Below, piece by piece: positions 1-8,741 of a stretch of DNA of 64,000 nt. Location of the stretch: the NCBI GenBank assembly GCA_963675525.2, contig CAXXSL010000020.1, positions 1 to 64,000 on the forward strand, given 5' to 3'. Source of the stretch: Anaerohalosphaeraceae bacterium. GTDB lineage: Bacteria; Planctomycetota; Phycisphaerae; Sedimentisphaerales; Anaerohalosphaeraceae. The position numbers were made by a program, and so were the translations under genes. Under the pieces are notes generated by a model. That model saw only the letters and a list, made by a program, of their open reading frames with translations. It made no database searches and was not told the DNA's origin. Position 1 is the first letter of the stretch. Every line of letters begins with the position of its first letter.

Positions 1-1404
1 GTCGTCTATACGTACAATCTGCAAAACCGCCTGTCGATGGTGACCACGACGCCGTATGTGGACAATGTGGCGCAAACCTCGACCGTGACCGCATACACCT
101 ACGACCCCTCCGGCATCCGAACATCCAAGACCGTCGATGACACATACCGAACCGATTACCTCATCGACCCGGCGAATCACACCGGTTATGCACAGGTCCT
201 GGAGGAATGGACGACCGACATCACGAACCCCGCCGAGCCCGTGCTCCGGTCCACCGTTTATTATACCCTTGGCGATGACGTGATCGCCCAGACCCGCGCC
301 GAAGACATCGACGGCACATGGACGGTTTACGATACCGAATACCTTCTCTACGACGGCCACGGCAGCACACGGCAACTCGTTAAGCCGGACTTGACGGTGA
401 CCGACAGCTACAATTATGATGCCTATGGCGTGATGCTAAGCAGCGACAGCGGGGCGGATGCGACGGCAAGTGCCGCCACCAGCCTGCTCTATTCCGGCGA
501 ACAATACGATACCGACGCCCAGCAGTACTACCTCCGCGCCAGATATTACAACCCATCAAACGGATTGTTTAACCGCACCGACCCCTACGCCGGAAATACC
601 CACGACCCGCAGTCCCTCCACAAATACGCCTACGTGCACAATAATCCGGTTAATGGGATTGATCCGACAGGTATGTTTTTTGGCGGCTTGGGTGGGTTGG
701 TGCTGAGCGTGGCTATTGGAGCGATGCTCTATGGAGCTTATATCGGTTCCTATACTACTGCTATGGCACCATACGCTGAGAGAATCTATGGTCATGCTTC
801 TGATTTGAATTTCCTTGTCAGAGAAAAAGAGCGTGACAATGCAACAATTATTGTTCATGGTATTTCTCCTCCTCGTTTTAATGGTTGGTCGAGTGATTTT
901 ACTGATGAATTGGAAGCTCGTGCGAATAATCAGGACTATTATGAATTTACCTGGTCTGGATTTGATATGACGGGAGTCATTGGGATTAATAGAGGAGTAC
1001 ATGATGTCGCCACAAATAACTTGATACGGGCAGCTCAAATCGTTCAGCAGAAAGGCTACAGCAAAGTAAATATTATTTCCCATAGTTGGGGTACCGTTCT
1101 TTCGCGGGATGCCCAATATCAAGGCATAGGTAATATTGATACATGGGTTACAATGGGATCACCTTTGCCGGAAAGCATGGACGGACCTCAAAATTTGAAT
1201 AATTGGATAAACTTTTATTCACATACAGACCTGGTTACTTATTTTGGCCCTGAACTTGATAGAACAGGTGTTGTTGGAGGCACTGGCTTCTTATGGCAAA
1301 GAACAGGCGATATCAGACAATATATGGTAAATGGCGGCCATACTTCATATTGGACAAACAACTCAGTTCTCAGTATAATAGGGCACCAATTGAGTGGTCA
1401 ATAG
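1..1404 (+). CDS. Rhs repeat-associated core protein (5'-truncated by window) with C-terminal alpha/beta-hydrolase (lipase-like) toxin domain
   Basis: Frame open from base 1. Rhs core motifs YLLYDGHGSTRQL, YSGEQYD, YYLRARYYNP, SLHKYAYVHNNPVNGIDPTG. Tip carries VHGI, SHSWG, TMGSP, D and GGHTSYW. GC drops after DPTG (661-672). Confidence 0.92.
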   Translation, partial: VVYTYNLQNRLSMVTTTPYVDNVAQTSTVTAYTYDPSGIRTSKTVDDTYRTDYLIDPANHTGYAQVLEEWTTDITNPAEPVLRSTVYYTLGDDVIAQTRAEDIDGTWTVYDTEYLLYDGHGSTRQLVKPDLTVTDSYNYDAYGVMLSSDSGADATASAATSLLYSGEQYDTDAQQYYLRARYYNPSNGLFNRTDPYAGNTHDPQSLHKYAYVHNNPVNGIDPTGMFFGGLGGLVLSVAIGAMLYGAYIGSYTTAMAPYAERIYGHASDLNFLVREKERDNATIIVHGISPPRFNGWSSDFTDELEARANNQDYYEFTWSGFDMTGVIGINRGVHDVATNNLIRAAQIVQQKGYSKVNIISHSWGTVLSRDAQYQGIGNIDTWVTMGSPLPESMDGPQNLNNWINFYSHTDLVTYFGPELDRTGVVGGTGFLWQRTGDIRQYMVNGGHTSYWTNNSVLSIIGHQLSGQ

Positions 1405-1425
1405 GACTGGAAAATAGGAAGTATT

Positions 1426-2346
1426 ATGGACAAGAAGAAGTATCAATTTGTTGTCGTTTCGATTTTTATAATTCTAATGTGCATAATTAGCGTTTGTGCC
1501 ATAACAAATTGGTTTAGAGGATCATCACCAAAGGATGTTATACGTTCGTATTATGATGCTAAAGATCGGGGCGATATTGAGTTTTTACGTCAAATAATCT
1601 TTTTTCCACAAAGCACAACGGAAGAGGAGATAAATTCGAGAATTAAGTCAGAGATCACGGGGACTGATGAAAAAATACTTACACGGGCAGTAGGTGCCAA
1701 AATAAAAGTGGAATATGAAAAAATTATTGATGACCAAACCGCAGAAGTTGGCGTTGTACTTAAAATGGGCCTACCTTGCTTCAAGAAGAGAGTTCCATTC
1801 CAGGAGATTGTCTTAAAAAAAGATGATAATAAATGGAAATATTCTTTCAGTAAATATGAACTTAGCGAAAAGCAGTTAATAGAAGCAATAAAAGAGAACC
1901 CCTATGATGCTTCGGCAATATTTCATCTTGGTAGACTGTATCAACCTGATAATCCTGCGAAGGCAAATAAGTATTATGTAAAGTACCGTGAACTTGAACC
2001 TCAAGGTTTTTGGATTAGCAAGGAACTATTAGACCAGATCAAAAAATATCAAAAAATTGAAAATGAAGAGAGTGAATTGCTGAAAAAGTTAAAAAATACT
2101 CCGGAGAGGTCAATTAGGAGAGCGTCGGTTTATTTGACATTAGGGCAATTGTTTACAGAACATGGAGATTACAAGAAAGCAGATATGTACTTAGAACAAG
2201 CGGAAAAAGTTGCGAGTTCACTGACCAGTCACAACTCTGATATCGAAAAAAGGCTGAAAGTTGCCCAGGAAACTTTTGATTTGGCAGTAAAAGGGGAACA
2301 TCTAGATATTTTAAGCGAATTGGAAGCCAAGGGGGCTTATAAATAG
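1426..2346 (+). CDS. Membrane-anchored protein with NTF2-like N-region and TPR repeats; candidate immunity protein
   Basis: N-terminal hydrophobic anchor; TPR-like segments (ASAIFHLGRLY, VYLTLGQLFTEHGDYKKA); low GC; directly after the Rhs gene. Confidence 0.65.
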   Translation: MDKKKYQFVVVSIFIILMCIISVCAITNWFRGSSPKDVIRSYYDAKDRGDIEFLRQIIFFPQSTTEEEINSRIKSEITGTDEKILTRAVGAKIKVEYEKIIDDQTAEVGVVLKMGLPCFKKRVPFQEIVLKKDDNKWKYSFSKYELSEKQLIEAIKENPYDASAIFHLGRLYQPDNPAKANKYYVKYRELEPQGFWISKELLDQIKKYQKIENEESELLKKLKNTPERSIRRASVYLTLGQLFTEHGDYKKADMYLEQAEKVASSLTSHNSDIEKRLKVAQETFDLAVKGEHLDILSELEAKGAYK

Positions 2347-2414
2347 CTTTGGCCAAGGTTTTTTTGATATGACCTATAAGCCTTTATAGAAAACAAGCGA
2401 AAGGAGAAATCGTA

Positions 2415-2804
2415 ATGTGGTCAGGTAAATCGACAATATTTATTACATCGATCTTGTGTGCGTTTTTTATTTCAGGATGTGGAAGGCAAGATGAATGTGG
2501 GGACATGGTTATAAAGCGAAGGAATGATGCATCAATGCAAATATGTAAAGTTTTAAATGCTATTGATAGTAAAGAATCAGCTGTGGCTGCAATCCCAGAA
2601 CTTGAAAAGTTGGCCATAGAATATTCCCAAGCAAAAGCTGAGTTTCTTAAATATCAAAAGGAAAACCCCGGATTTGAACAGAAATATCTTCAAGAATCTT
2701 CGCAGATTATGCAAGATTGGGGTAAAGCATTGTCAAGTTTTAATACGAATCAAGATATTCCAGAGGAGTTTAGAAAGCAAATAATGAAAATCTTATCACT
2801 GTAA
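2415..2804 (+). CDS. Small lipoprotein; candidate (orphan) immunity protein
   Basis: AAGGAG SD; lipobox-like FISGC; low GC. Confidence 0.65.
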   Translation: MWSGKSTIFITSILCAFFISGCGRQDECGDMVIKRRNDASMQICKVLNAIDSKESAVAAIPELEKLAIEYSQAKAEFLKYQKENPGFEQKYLQESSQIMQDWGKALSSFNTNQDIPEEFRKQIMKILSL

Positions 2805-3037
2805 TTAATTGTCCTCGTACAGTGCAAATATTCGTCGGGACCTAACATTTTGTTCTTTCACAAGTTAATATCGAGAGATTCGTCCGTGAATGACAGCTTA
2901 AATTGCGAATGGTAGGGCAGTATTGATAGAAGTTGTTTGAATCCGGCGATTTTTAACAGACCGGTTTTGCAGAGCAGGCAGTAGGGCGTTGATATGCCCG
3001 ACGGGGTAACTGATTAAGCTGCCAATCTGTGAGAACG

Positions 3038-3058
3038 AAACGGGGTCAGACCCCGTTT
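3038..3058. repeat. REP-like palindrome aaacggggtc-a-gaccccgttt
   Basis: Perfect 10-bp inverted repeat with 1-nt centre. Confidence 0.7.
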
Positions 3059-3090
3059 TAGTCTGTAGTTTGAAATATTTTATTATTTGT

Positions 3091-3118
3091 TTGATTTTTA
3101 TCTAACTTGTGGTATAAT
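3091..3118 (+). promoter_or_regulatory. Sigma70-type promoter TTGATT-N16-TATAAT with extended TG
   Basis: Consensus match upstream of the 21-bp repeat element. Confidence 0.45.
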
Positions 3119-3174
3119 ACACAAAATTGAATATTCACAATTTAATAGAGTGCGAGGCCTGCTATCTCGCCCGG

Positions 3175-3199
3175 GTTACCCTGAGCCAAGTCGAAGGGC
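3175..3199. repeat. Short dispersed repeat of the 'ccctgagcNNgtcgaaggg' type
   Basis: gttaccctgagccaagtcgaagggc; related to gtcctgagcgaagccgaatgga at 33258. Confidence 0.55.
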
Positions 3200-3225
3200 A
3201 AATAAGCCACATCCGTGGTTTCAAA

Positions 3226-3370
3226 CTGGCTCAAAATGGCGTCATTTCGGACAACTTTGGCGTCATACTGGACAACAATGGCGTCGTTTTGGACAAACTT
3301 GGCGTCGTTTGGGCGCACTTTGGTATCAGGAATGTTACCTAAAAAACCACCAAAAGCCGCATTTCTACAT
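3226..3370 (+). repeat. Five degenerate 21-bp tandem units plus tail (copy 1)
   Basis: Units ctggctcaaaatggcgtcatt / tcggacaactttggcgtcata / ctggacaacaatggcgtcgtt / ttggacaaacttggcgtcgtt / tgggcgcactttggtatcagg. Confidence 0.85.
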
Positions 3371-3521
3371 CAGAAACGCAGATCCACCACTTTGTTACGT
3401 AGTTTCTAAGCACTTTTTACGAAGATAAAGAATCATAGAGGCATCTGTCAAGGAATAGTCAACCGATGTAATTCGGGCGAAACAGTCACGTTCGAAATTT
3501 TCCATGATCCAAAGAAAGAAA

Positions 3522-4370
3522 TTACTTAAGCTTATTGAGTTGGTTTAGAAATAAATCTTTGCCCCACAGGTTCAGGGATGGCTGCTCTGTGACATGTACG
3601 AACCTGCGAACATCTTGAGTTGTTGCTCTCCAGTCAATTGAGGTGATTTGTTTTTTCAATTCCGTTACACACCAGTCGTAGTTTACCTCGATGTCCCGGT
3701 CTTTCCATGGCCCCATTTGCTTTAAAGCGGATTCAAGAAACGTATAGTTGATCTCAATTCCCCGGCTGGTATACCACAGAAAGTCATACCAGTCACGTCC
3801 TTTGATATAGTCTCTGCAAAGCAAGGCGTGAATCTTCCCTGCAAACAAGCTGGGTTTGTCCTGGGCAACTACAGAAGAGACGAAGGGGAAGTCAAGATAT
3901 TTGATTTCAAGTTCGCTGCCGGAAGGGGGATTCATATCAACCTCAAACTTAATGCGGATTTTACGACGAGGTCCCGTTTGCCCGGCATAGTTCAATTGCA
4001 GGACCTTCCCGAGCGAATCGTCTTTTAAAAAGGCTTTGCGCACGGCAATATCTGTTCCGGACCGATCCGTGATCTCGATCCGATAGCCATATGCCGTTAG
4101 TTCATCCGTCATCGTCAGCAGATGCGGCTTTAGCTCAAAATCCGCATCCGGCTCCTTTAAAATGAAGTCCAGATCTTCTGAAAAACGGTTCAGACCATAA
4201 AAGATTCGTAAACAAGTGCCGCCTTGAAAAGCCGCATGTTTGAAAAAGTCCGTTCGTCCCAACGCTGCCAACATCACTTCCTGTGTGATTTCGCGAATCG
4301 CCTGTTCTTCTTCAATTTCGGATTTACAATGGTAAGAGTCCAGTCTATCCTGGATCAACTTGATGCTCAT
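3522..4370 (-). CDS. abiEii: AbiEii/AbiGii-family nucleotidyltransferase toxin (type IV TA)
   Basis: FQGGTCLRIFYGLNRFSEDLDF, KFEVD, GKIHALL, KGRDWYD. Confidence 0.93.
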   Translation of the reverse strand: MSIKLIQDRLDSYHCKSEIEEEQAIREITQEVMLAALGRTDFFKHAAFQGGTCLRIFYGLNRFSEDLDFILKEPDADFELKPHLLTMTDELTAYGYRIEITDRSGTDIAVRKAFLKDDSLGKVLQLNYAGQTGPRRKIRIKFEVDMNPPSGSELEIKYLDFPFVSSVVAQDKPSLFAGKIHALLCRDYIKGRDWYDFLWYTSRGIEINYTFLESALKQMGPWKDRDIEVNYDWCVTELKKQITSIDWRATTQDVRRFVHVTEQPSLNLWGKDLFLNQLNKLK

Positions 4371-5005
4371 AATTTCAAATCCTTTCTCAAACCCTTACAA
4401 AAACGCTGAACACGTCGGCTGTTATAATTGGCTGTAAGGACATCGAATTCTTCACCGGTCAATTGCTCGAGTTCTTCGGGTTCAACTCGCAAACTTTTCA
4501 CAACCGGCTCGATACCGCTCCACTCCCGTTTGTGTGCATATACATAATCGGCTAATGCTTTCAGCGGCGTTGCCATTAAAAACACACAGCCGTTTTCATC
4601 AGTTACCTGTTTGACTCCGGTATAAAACACTTTCTGGGGGATACGGCGATAACTAAAAAGTCCCAGTGGTGTATCAAAATCCTTTGAGTTTTTGAAGGAA
4701 GCACTGGTGCACGTATAGACGGCTTCCGGAATCCAGCCATGCCACCGCAACGCCGATTCCAAACTGATATAAGAAGGACCATAGATGTGCTGTGCAATGG
4801 AGTAGGGGTTCTGGCGAACCTTTTGGTATAGTGGGGCCAGACAATATAACCCTCGGCGGATATGGATCAACTCGCCGCGGGCAATGGCCCGTTTGATAAG
4901 GGCCTGCCTGCTGTTATCTCCTTCCGGCAGTAATGTTACCAAATCCTGTGCCGAAAATACCCCGGGATGCGGGAATTCAATGAGTTTTCTGATTAATCTG
5001 TTCAT
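4367..5005 (-). CDS. abiEi: AbiEi-family antitoxin / transcriptional regulator
   Basis: wHTH-like IRRGLY; PSYISLESALRWHGWIPE; ATPLKALAD; 4-bp overlap with the toxin gene. Confidence 0.9.
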   Translation of the reverse strand: MNRLIRKLIEFPHPGVFSAQDLVTLLPEGDNSRQALIKRAIARGELIHIRRGLYCLAPLYQKVRQNPYSIAQHIYGPSYISLESALRWHGWIPEAVYTCTSASFKNSKDFDTPLGLFSYRRIPQKVFYTGVKQVTDENGCVFLMATPLKALADYVYAHKREWSGIEPVVKSLRVEPEELEQLTGEEFDVLTANYNSRRVQRFCKGLRKDLKL

Positions 5006-5026
5006 ATTCGTCTCTATTAGTAGTCA

Positions 5027-5049
5027 ATACTGTCATATAATGACAGTAT
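5027..5049. promoter_or_regulatory. 23-bp inverted repeat, probable AbiEi operator
   Basis: atactgtcat-ata-atgacagtat, 21 bp upstream of the abiEi start. Confidence 0.75.
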
Positions 5050-5153
5050 CTATTAAATATATACAAATATTTATCGGGATATTCAAGTGAAATAATTAAT
5101 CGTATTTGTCAAAAAATGATCTTATTGACGAAAAAAAGCGTAAACAGGACATA

Positions 5154-5242
5154 ATGGACAACAATAGCGTCGTTTAGACGGACTTTGGTATCAGGAATGT
5201 TATCTGGAAACACACAAAACAGCGCATTACTACTCTAAAAAC
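5154..5242 (+). repeat. Degenerate direct repeat of the 3' part of 3226-3370 (copy 2)
   Basis: tggacaacaatagcgtcgttt...actttggtatcaggaatgtta shared with copy 1. Confidence 0.85.
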
Positions 5243-5389
5243 AAAACTTAAAACATCTTTTCAGCGACCGAGAAAACCGGCCGGGAGCTTTTAATAATGA
5301 TGGATTATGGAATCATTATTGCTTATACTGCAATATCAAATACAGAGCCGATGTGCCAATAACAGCCGGGAAGGTATATTGCCATAGCA

Positions 5390-6265
5390 ATGGATAAACA
5401 GCGAGATATCATGATCGTCAGTGATCTGCATCTGGGCGACGGCGGTCCGCGGGATAACTTCGCCGCGGATAATAAAGCCGCCAAGTTCGACCGGTTTCTG
5501 GACTATGTCGCCGGGCAGGAGGCCGAGTTGATTATACTGGGGGACCTGTTTGAGTTTTGGCAGGCCAATATCGGCCGGGTCCTGACCCGCCAGATGGATT
5601 TGATCAAGCGTCTGTCCGACATGCAGGCGGTCTATGTCGTCGGCAACCATGATGCGGATTTCGAGGACCTGATCGGCACGAATTTCCTGGCCCACCCGTT
5701 TTTTGAGCGGATGAGCGGTCCGTTTGAGCGGACCATTGCCGGCAAACGCTTTAAATTTATGCATGGTCATGAACTGGATCCGTTCAATCGGGACGGCACG
5801 CCGCGATGGGGCAGGATACTGGCGATACTGGGTGGGATTATCGAGGACCGGAAGGGGTCACCATTACTGTCGGCCGGGGGGATGACGGAAAAAAGTCTTT
5901 TGAAGGTTGGACGCAGCTTTATGTGGCTGTGGAATAAATCCGTTAACCTGTTTGAAAAAAGTGAACACCACGCAAAAACCCATGCGTTCGTCGATTCGTT
6001 GACCCCCGCACAGGATCCCGCTAAGATCAAGGGCATCATGTCATTGTACCACAATAACAAACGGCAGGAGGGGTACGATTTTCTCATTACCGGCCATACG
6101 CACAAAGCGGGGCTCTTTCAGGACTGGTATTGCAACAGCGGCTGCTGGGTCGGCCTGCGGTCCAATTTCTTAAGGCTTCAACCGGACGGCCAGCTCCATG
6201 TCTATGAGTGGAAAGAGAACACCCCGGTTCTAACCGATCAATTATCTTCAATCAAGGAGGCTTGA
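5390..6265 (+). CDS. Calcineurin-like metallophosphoesterase (LpxH/YbbF-like)
   Basis: SDLHLG, LGDLFE, GNHD, HGH, GHTH, NSGCW motifs. Confidence 0.88.
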   Translation: MDKQRDIMIVSDLHLGDGGPRDNFAADNKAAKFDRFLDYVAGQEAELIILGDLFEFWQANIGRVLTRQMDLIKRLSDMQAVYVVGNHDADFEDLIGTNFLAHPFFERMSGPFERTIAGKRFKFMHGHELDPFNRDGTPRWGRILAILGGIIEDRKGSPLLSAGGMTEKSLLKVGRSFMWLWNKSVNLFEKSEHHAKTHAFVDSLTPAQDPAKIKGIMSLYHNNKRQEGYDFLITGHTHKAGLFQDWYCNSGCWVGLRSNFLRLQPDGQLHVYEWKENTPVLTDQLSSIKEA

Positions 6266-6267
6266 AT

Positions 6268-7362
6268 ATGAAAATTAATCTGGAACGATTAAAACTTCCG
6301 AGTCTGTACAAGAAAACATTGCACAAAACCGGTTTGCCGCCCGGAACGCTCGTTTACACCGGCGACAAAAACGCCGAGCCCGTTCAGATACATCTGATCG
6401 ATTACGATGAAACGAAGGTTGAGGAAAAGCCGTTGGATTCGACACAGCAAATCCTGGCCCTGCAACAAACGGATTCGAATAGTTGGACCAACCTGGATGG
6501 CATCCACGACGTCGAACTCATCGAACAGATCGGGCAGCAGTTTAAACTGCATGCGCTGGTACTTGAGGACATTGTCCACATCGGTCAGCGTCCGAAGATG
6601 GAAGACTATGATACTTACCTGTATATTGTTCTCAAAATGCTTCAGTATGATGAGCAAAAGCAGGCGGTTGAGAGCGAACAGGTCAGCATGATTCTCGGTC
6701 CGCATTACCTGATAACATTTCAGGAGCGGCCCGGCGACGTCTTCGAAACGGTACGTCAGCGGATTCGTTCCGGCAAGGGACGTGTTCGCAAAATGGGCTG
6801 TGATTACCTGGCCTATTCGCTCATTGATGCGATCGTGGACAATTATTTTCACATTCTTGAAACATTCAGCGAACGCATCGAACGGCTGGAAGATGTATTG
6901 CTCGATGACCCGACCGATGCGGTGCTTGGACAGATCCATGCGCTCAAACGGGAACTGACCCTGTTGCGGAAATCCGTTTGGCCGCTGCGTGAGTTGGTGG
7001 CCGGACTGGACAGACTGGAATCCGGTCTGATGAAAAAAGGCACCAAAGTCTTTACGCGAGACCTCTACGACCATACTATCCAGATCATCGATACCATCGA
7101 AAGCTTTCGCGAAGTCGTCTCCGGCATGATGGATCTCTACATGTCTGTCGTCAGTAACCGGATGAACGCCGTCATGAAGGTGCTGACCATTATCGCGACG
7201 GTTTTTATGCCGCTGGGTTTTGTCGCCGGGATCTTCGGCATGAACTTTGAACACATGCCCGAACTGAAATGGCAATGGGCCTACCCTGTTGGCTTTTGGC
7301 TGGTTATTATAGCGATTATGACGACGATGGTCATTTACTTTAAACGTAAAAAATGGCTGTAG
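6268..7362 (+). CDS. corA: Magnesium/cobalt transporter CorA
   Basis: GLPPGTL N-terminus, QRPKMEDY, FGMNFEHMPEL, two C-terminal TM helices; ATG 6268 follows AAGGAGG. Confidence 0.95.
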   Translation: MKINLERLKLPSLYKKTLHKTGLPPGTLVYTGDKNAEPVQIHLIDYDETKVEEKPLDSTQQILALQQTDSNSWTNLDGIHDVELIEQIGQQFKLHALVLEDIVHIGQRPKMEDYDTYLYIVLKMLQYDEQKQAVESEQVSMILGPHYLITFQERPGDVFETVRQRIRSGKGRVRKMGCDYLAYSLIDAIVDNYFHILETFSERIERLEDVLLDDPTDAVLGQIHALKRELTLLRKSVWPLRELVAGLDRLESGLMKKGTKVFTRDLYDHTIQIIDTIESFREVVSGMMDLYMSVVSNRMNAVMKVLTIIATVFMPLGFVAGIFGMNFEHMPELKWQWAYPVGFWLVIIAIMTTMVIYFKRKKWL

Positions 7363-7397
7363 TCAAATAGGAAAAACACCGCATCGGAGCCTGAAAA

Positions 7398-8105
7398 ATG
7401 TTAAGTCTTATCTTATTTATAGTCGTTATTTTTGTCTCCTTCGTCGTTGTCCGCATCGGAGCCATTGCCTTTCATTTGACCGGACTGGACTGGTCACTGG
7501 CAAAGTTTCAGGCCCTGTCCTGTTTCAGCGGTACCGGCTTCACCACCAAAGAATCGGAACTCGTGGTCGGGCATCCCCAAAGGCGAAAAATCGCTTCGAT
7601 CCTGATGGTATTGGGAAATGCCGGTCTGGTAACATTGATTGCCACGACGGTCAACTCGCTGCGTCCCCGCCAGTTGGAACTGCCTTTTTTAAGAGGCCTT
7701 CCCGAATGGCTCATTCCCTGGATCAGTCTGGCGATTATCATCGTGGTGGTTTACAGCTTGTATCGATTTGTCAACTCCAGCGCCGCATATCGTATGACCA
7801 ATGCCCTCCGGCGGAAACTGATTGCCCGGCAGGAGGGCGGCCGTACGGTGTCGTTTGAAGAACTGACCATCACCACCGGCGGCTATGGCGTCTTGCGCGT
7901 CCCGGTCGCCGCGAGCAGCCCGATTCTGCATAAAACCCTGATGGACTCCGGCCTCAAAGCCGAAAACATACTGGTCCTGGCCATTATTCGCGGTTCCGAG
8001 ACGATCGCCAATCCCCCCGTATCGACCGCGATACAGGAAAATGATGATTTGATTTGCTTTGGACAGATGGATTCAATTCGTAATTCCGGGTTGTTCCAAA
8101 AATAA
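7398..8105 (+). CDS. Membrane protein with K+-channel-like pore segment and C-terminal TrkA-C (RCK_C) domain
   Basis: AKFQALSCFSGTGFTTKESE; C-terminal VLAIIRG..IANPP..IQENDDLICFG. Confidence 0.85.
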   Translation: MLSLILFIVVIFVSFVVVRIGAIAFHLTGLDWSLAKFQALSCFSGTGFTTKESELVVGHPQRRKIASILMVLGNAGLVTLIATTVNSLRPRQLELPFLRGLPEWLIPWISLAIIIVVVYSLYRFVNSSAAYRMTNALRRKLIARQEGGRTVSFEELTITTGGYGVLRVPVAASSPILHKTLMDSGLKAENILVLAIIRGSETIANPPVSTAIQENDDLICFGQMDSIRNSGLFQK

Positions 8106-8141
8106 AAAAATAAAACTTATAGATTGAGTGTAGGAGTGATT

Positions 8142-8741
8142 TTGCAAGCGACGATATTAGATACAGACATGATGACGTGGGTCATAATTCCCCTGTTGAT
8201 TTTCCTGGCACGGATCGTCGATGTGACCATCGGCACGGCCCGTGTGATTTTTGTCTCCCGCGGGTATAAGATACTGGCCGCGGCGACCGGCTTTTTCGAA
8301 GTCCTCATCTGGCTGCTGGCGATCGGACAAATCATGAAAAATCTTTCCAACCCCATGTGCTACATCGCCTACGCTTCCGGGTTTTCACTCGGTAATTATA
8401 TCGGCATTACACTAACCGAAAAATTAACACTGGGAACCGTGCTGGTGCAGGTCTTAACCAACCGGGACGCATCCGCCTTAGTACAGGCATTGAAAGATAG
8501 TGACTACGGTGTAACAACCGTTCAGGCCCAGGGGGCGTTTGAACCGGTCAAGCTGGTGTTTACCATTGTTCCCCGACGAAATCTGGATGAGGTTTTGCGA
8601 ATCATCCGCCAGCATAATCCGAAATCATTTTATACCATTCAGGAAATCGGGAGCATGGCAAAGGGCTTCTTTCCGCAGCGTAAGAAAATCGGCTTTGTGG
8701 GCATAACGACATTATTCAAACCTTTTCGCAAAGGCAAATGA
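8142..8741 (+). CDS. DUF2179/UPF0316 (YebE-like) membrane protein
   Basis: IFLARIVDVTIGTAR, GFFEVLIWL, YASGFSLGNYIG, YGVT; start uncertain (TTG 8142 after AGGAG). Confidence 0.88.
   Translation: MQATILDTDMMTWVIIPLLIFLARIVDVTIGTARVIFVSRGYKILAAATGFFEVLIWLLAIGQIMKNLSNPMCYIAYASGFSLGNYIGITLTEKLTLGTVLVQVLTNRDASALVQALKDSDYGVTTVQAQGAFEPVKLVFTIVPRRNLDEVLRIIRQHNPKSFYTIQEIGSMAKGFFPQRKKIGFVGITTLFKPFRKGK

Noticed and set aside
3226..3330. 21-bp repeats as a CRISPR array
   Set aside because: Units are contiguous and degenerate, with no unique spacers and no cas genes
5390..6265. Calling this gene lpxH
   Set aside because: GNHD rather than GNRD, ion-transport context, and lpxI is present beside lpxD
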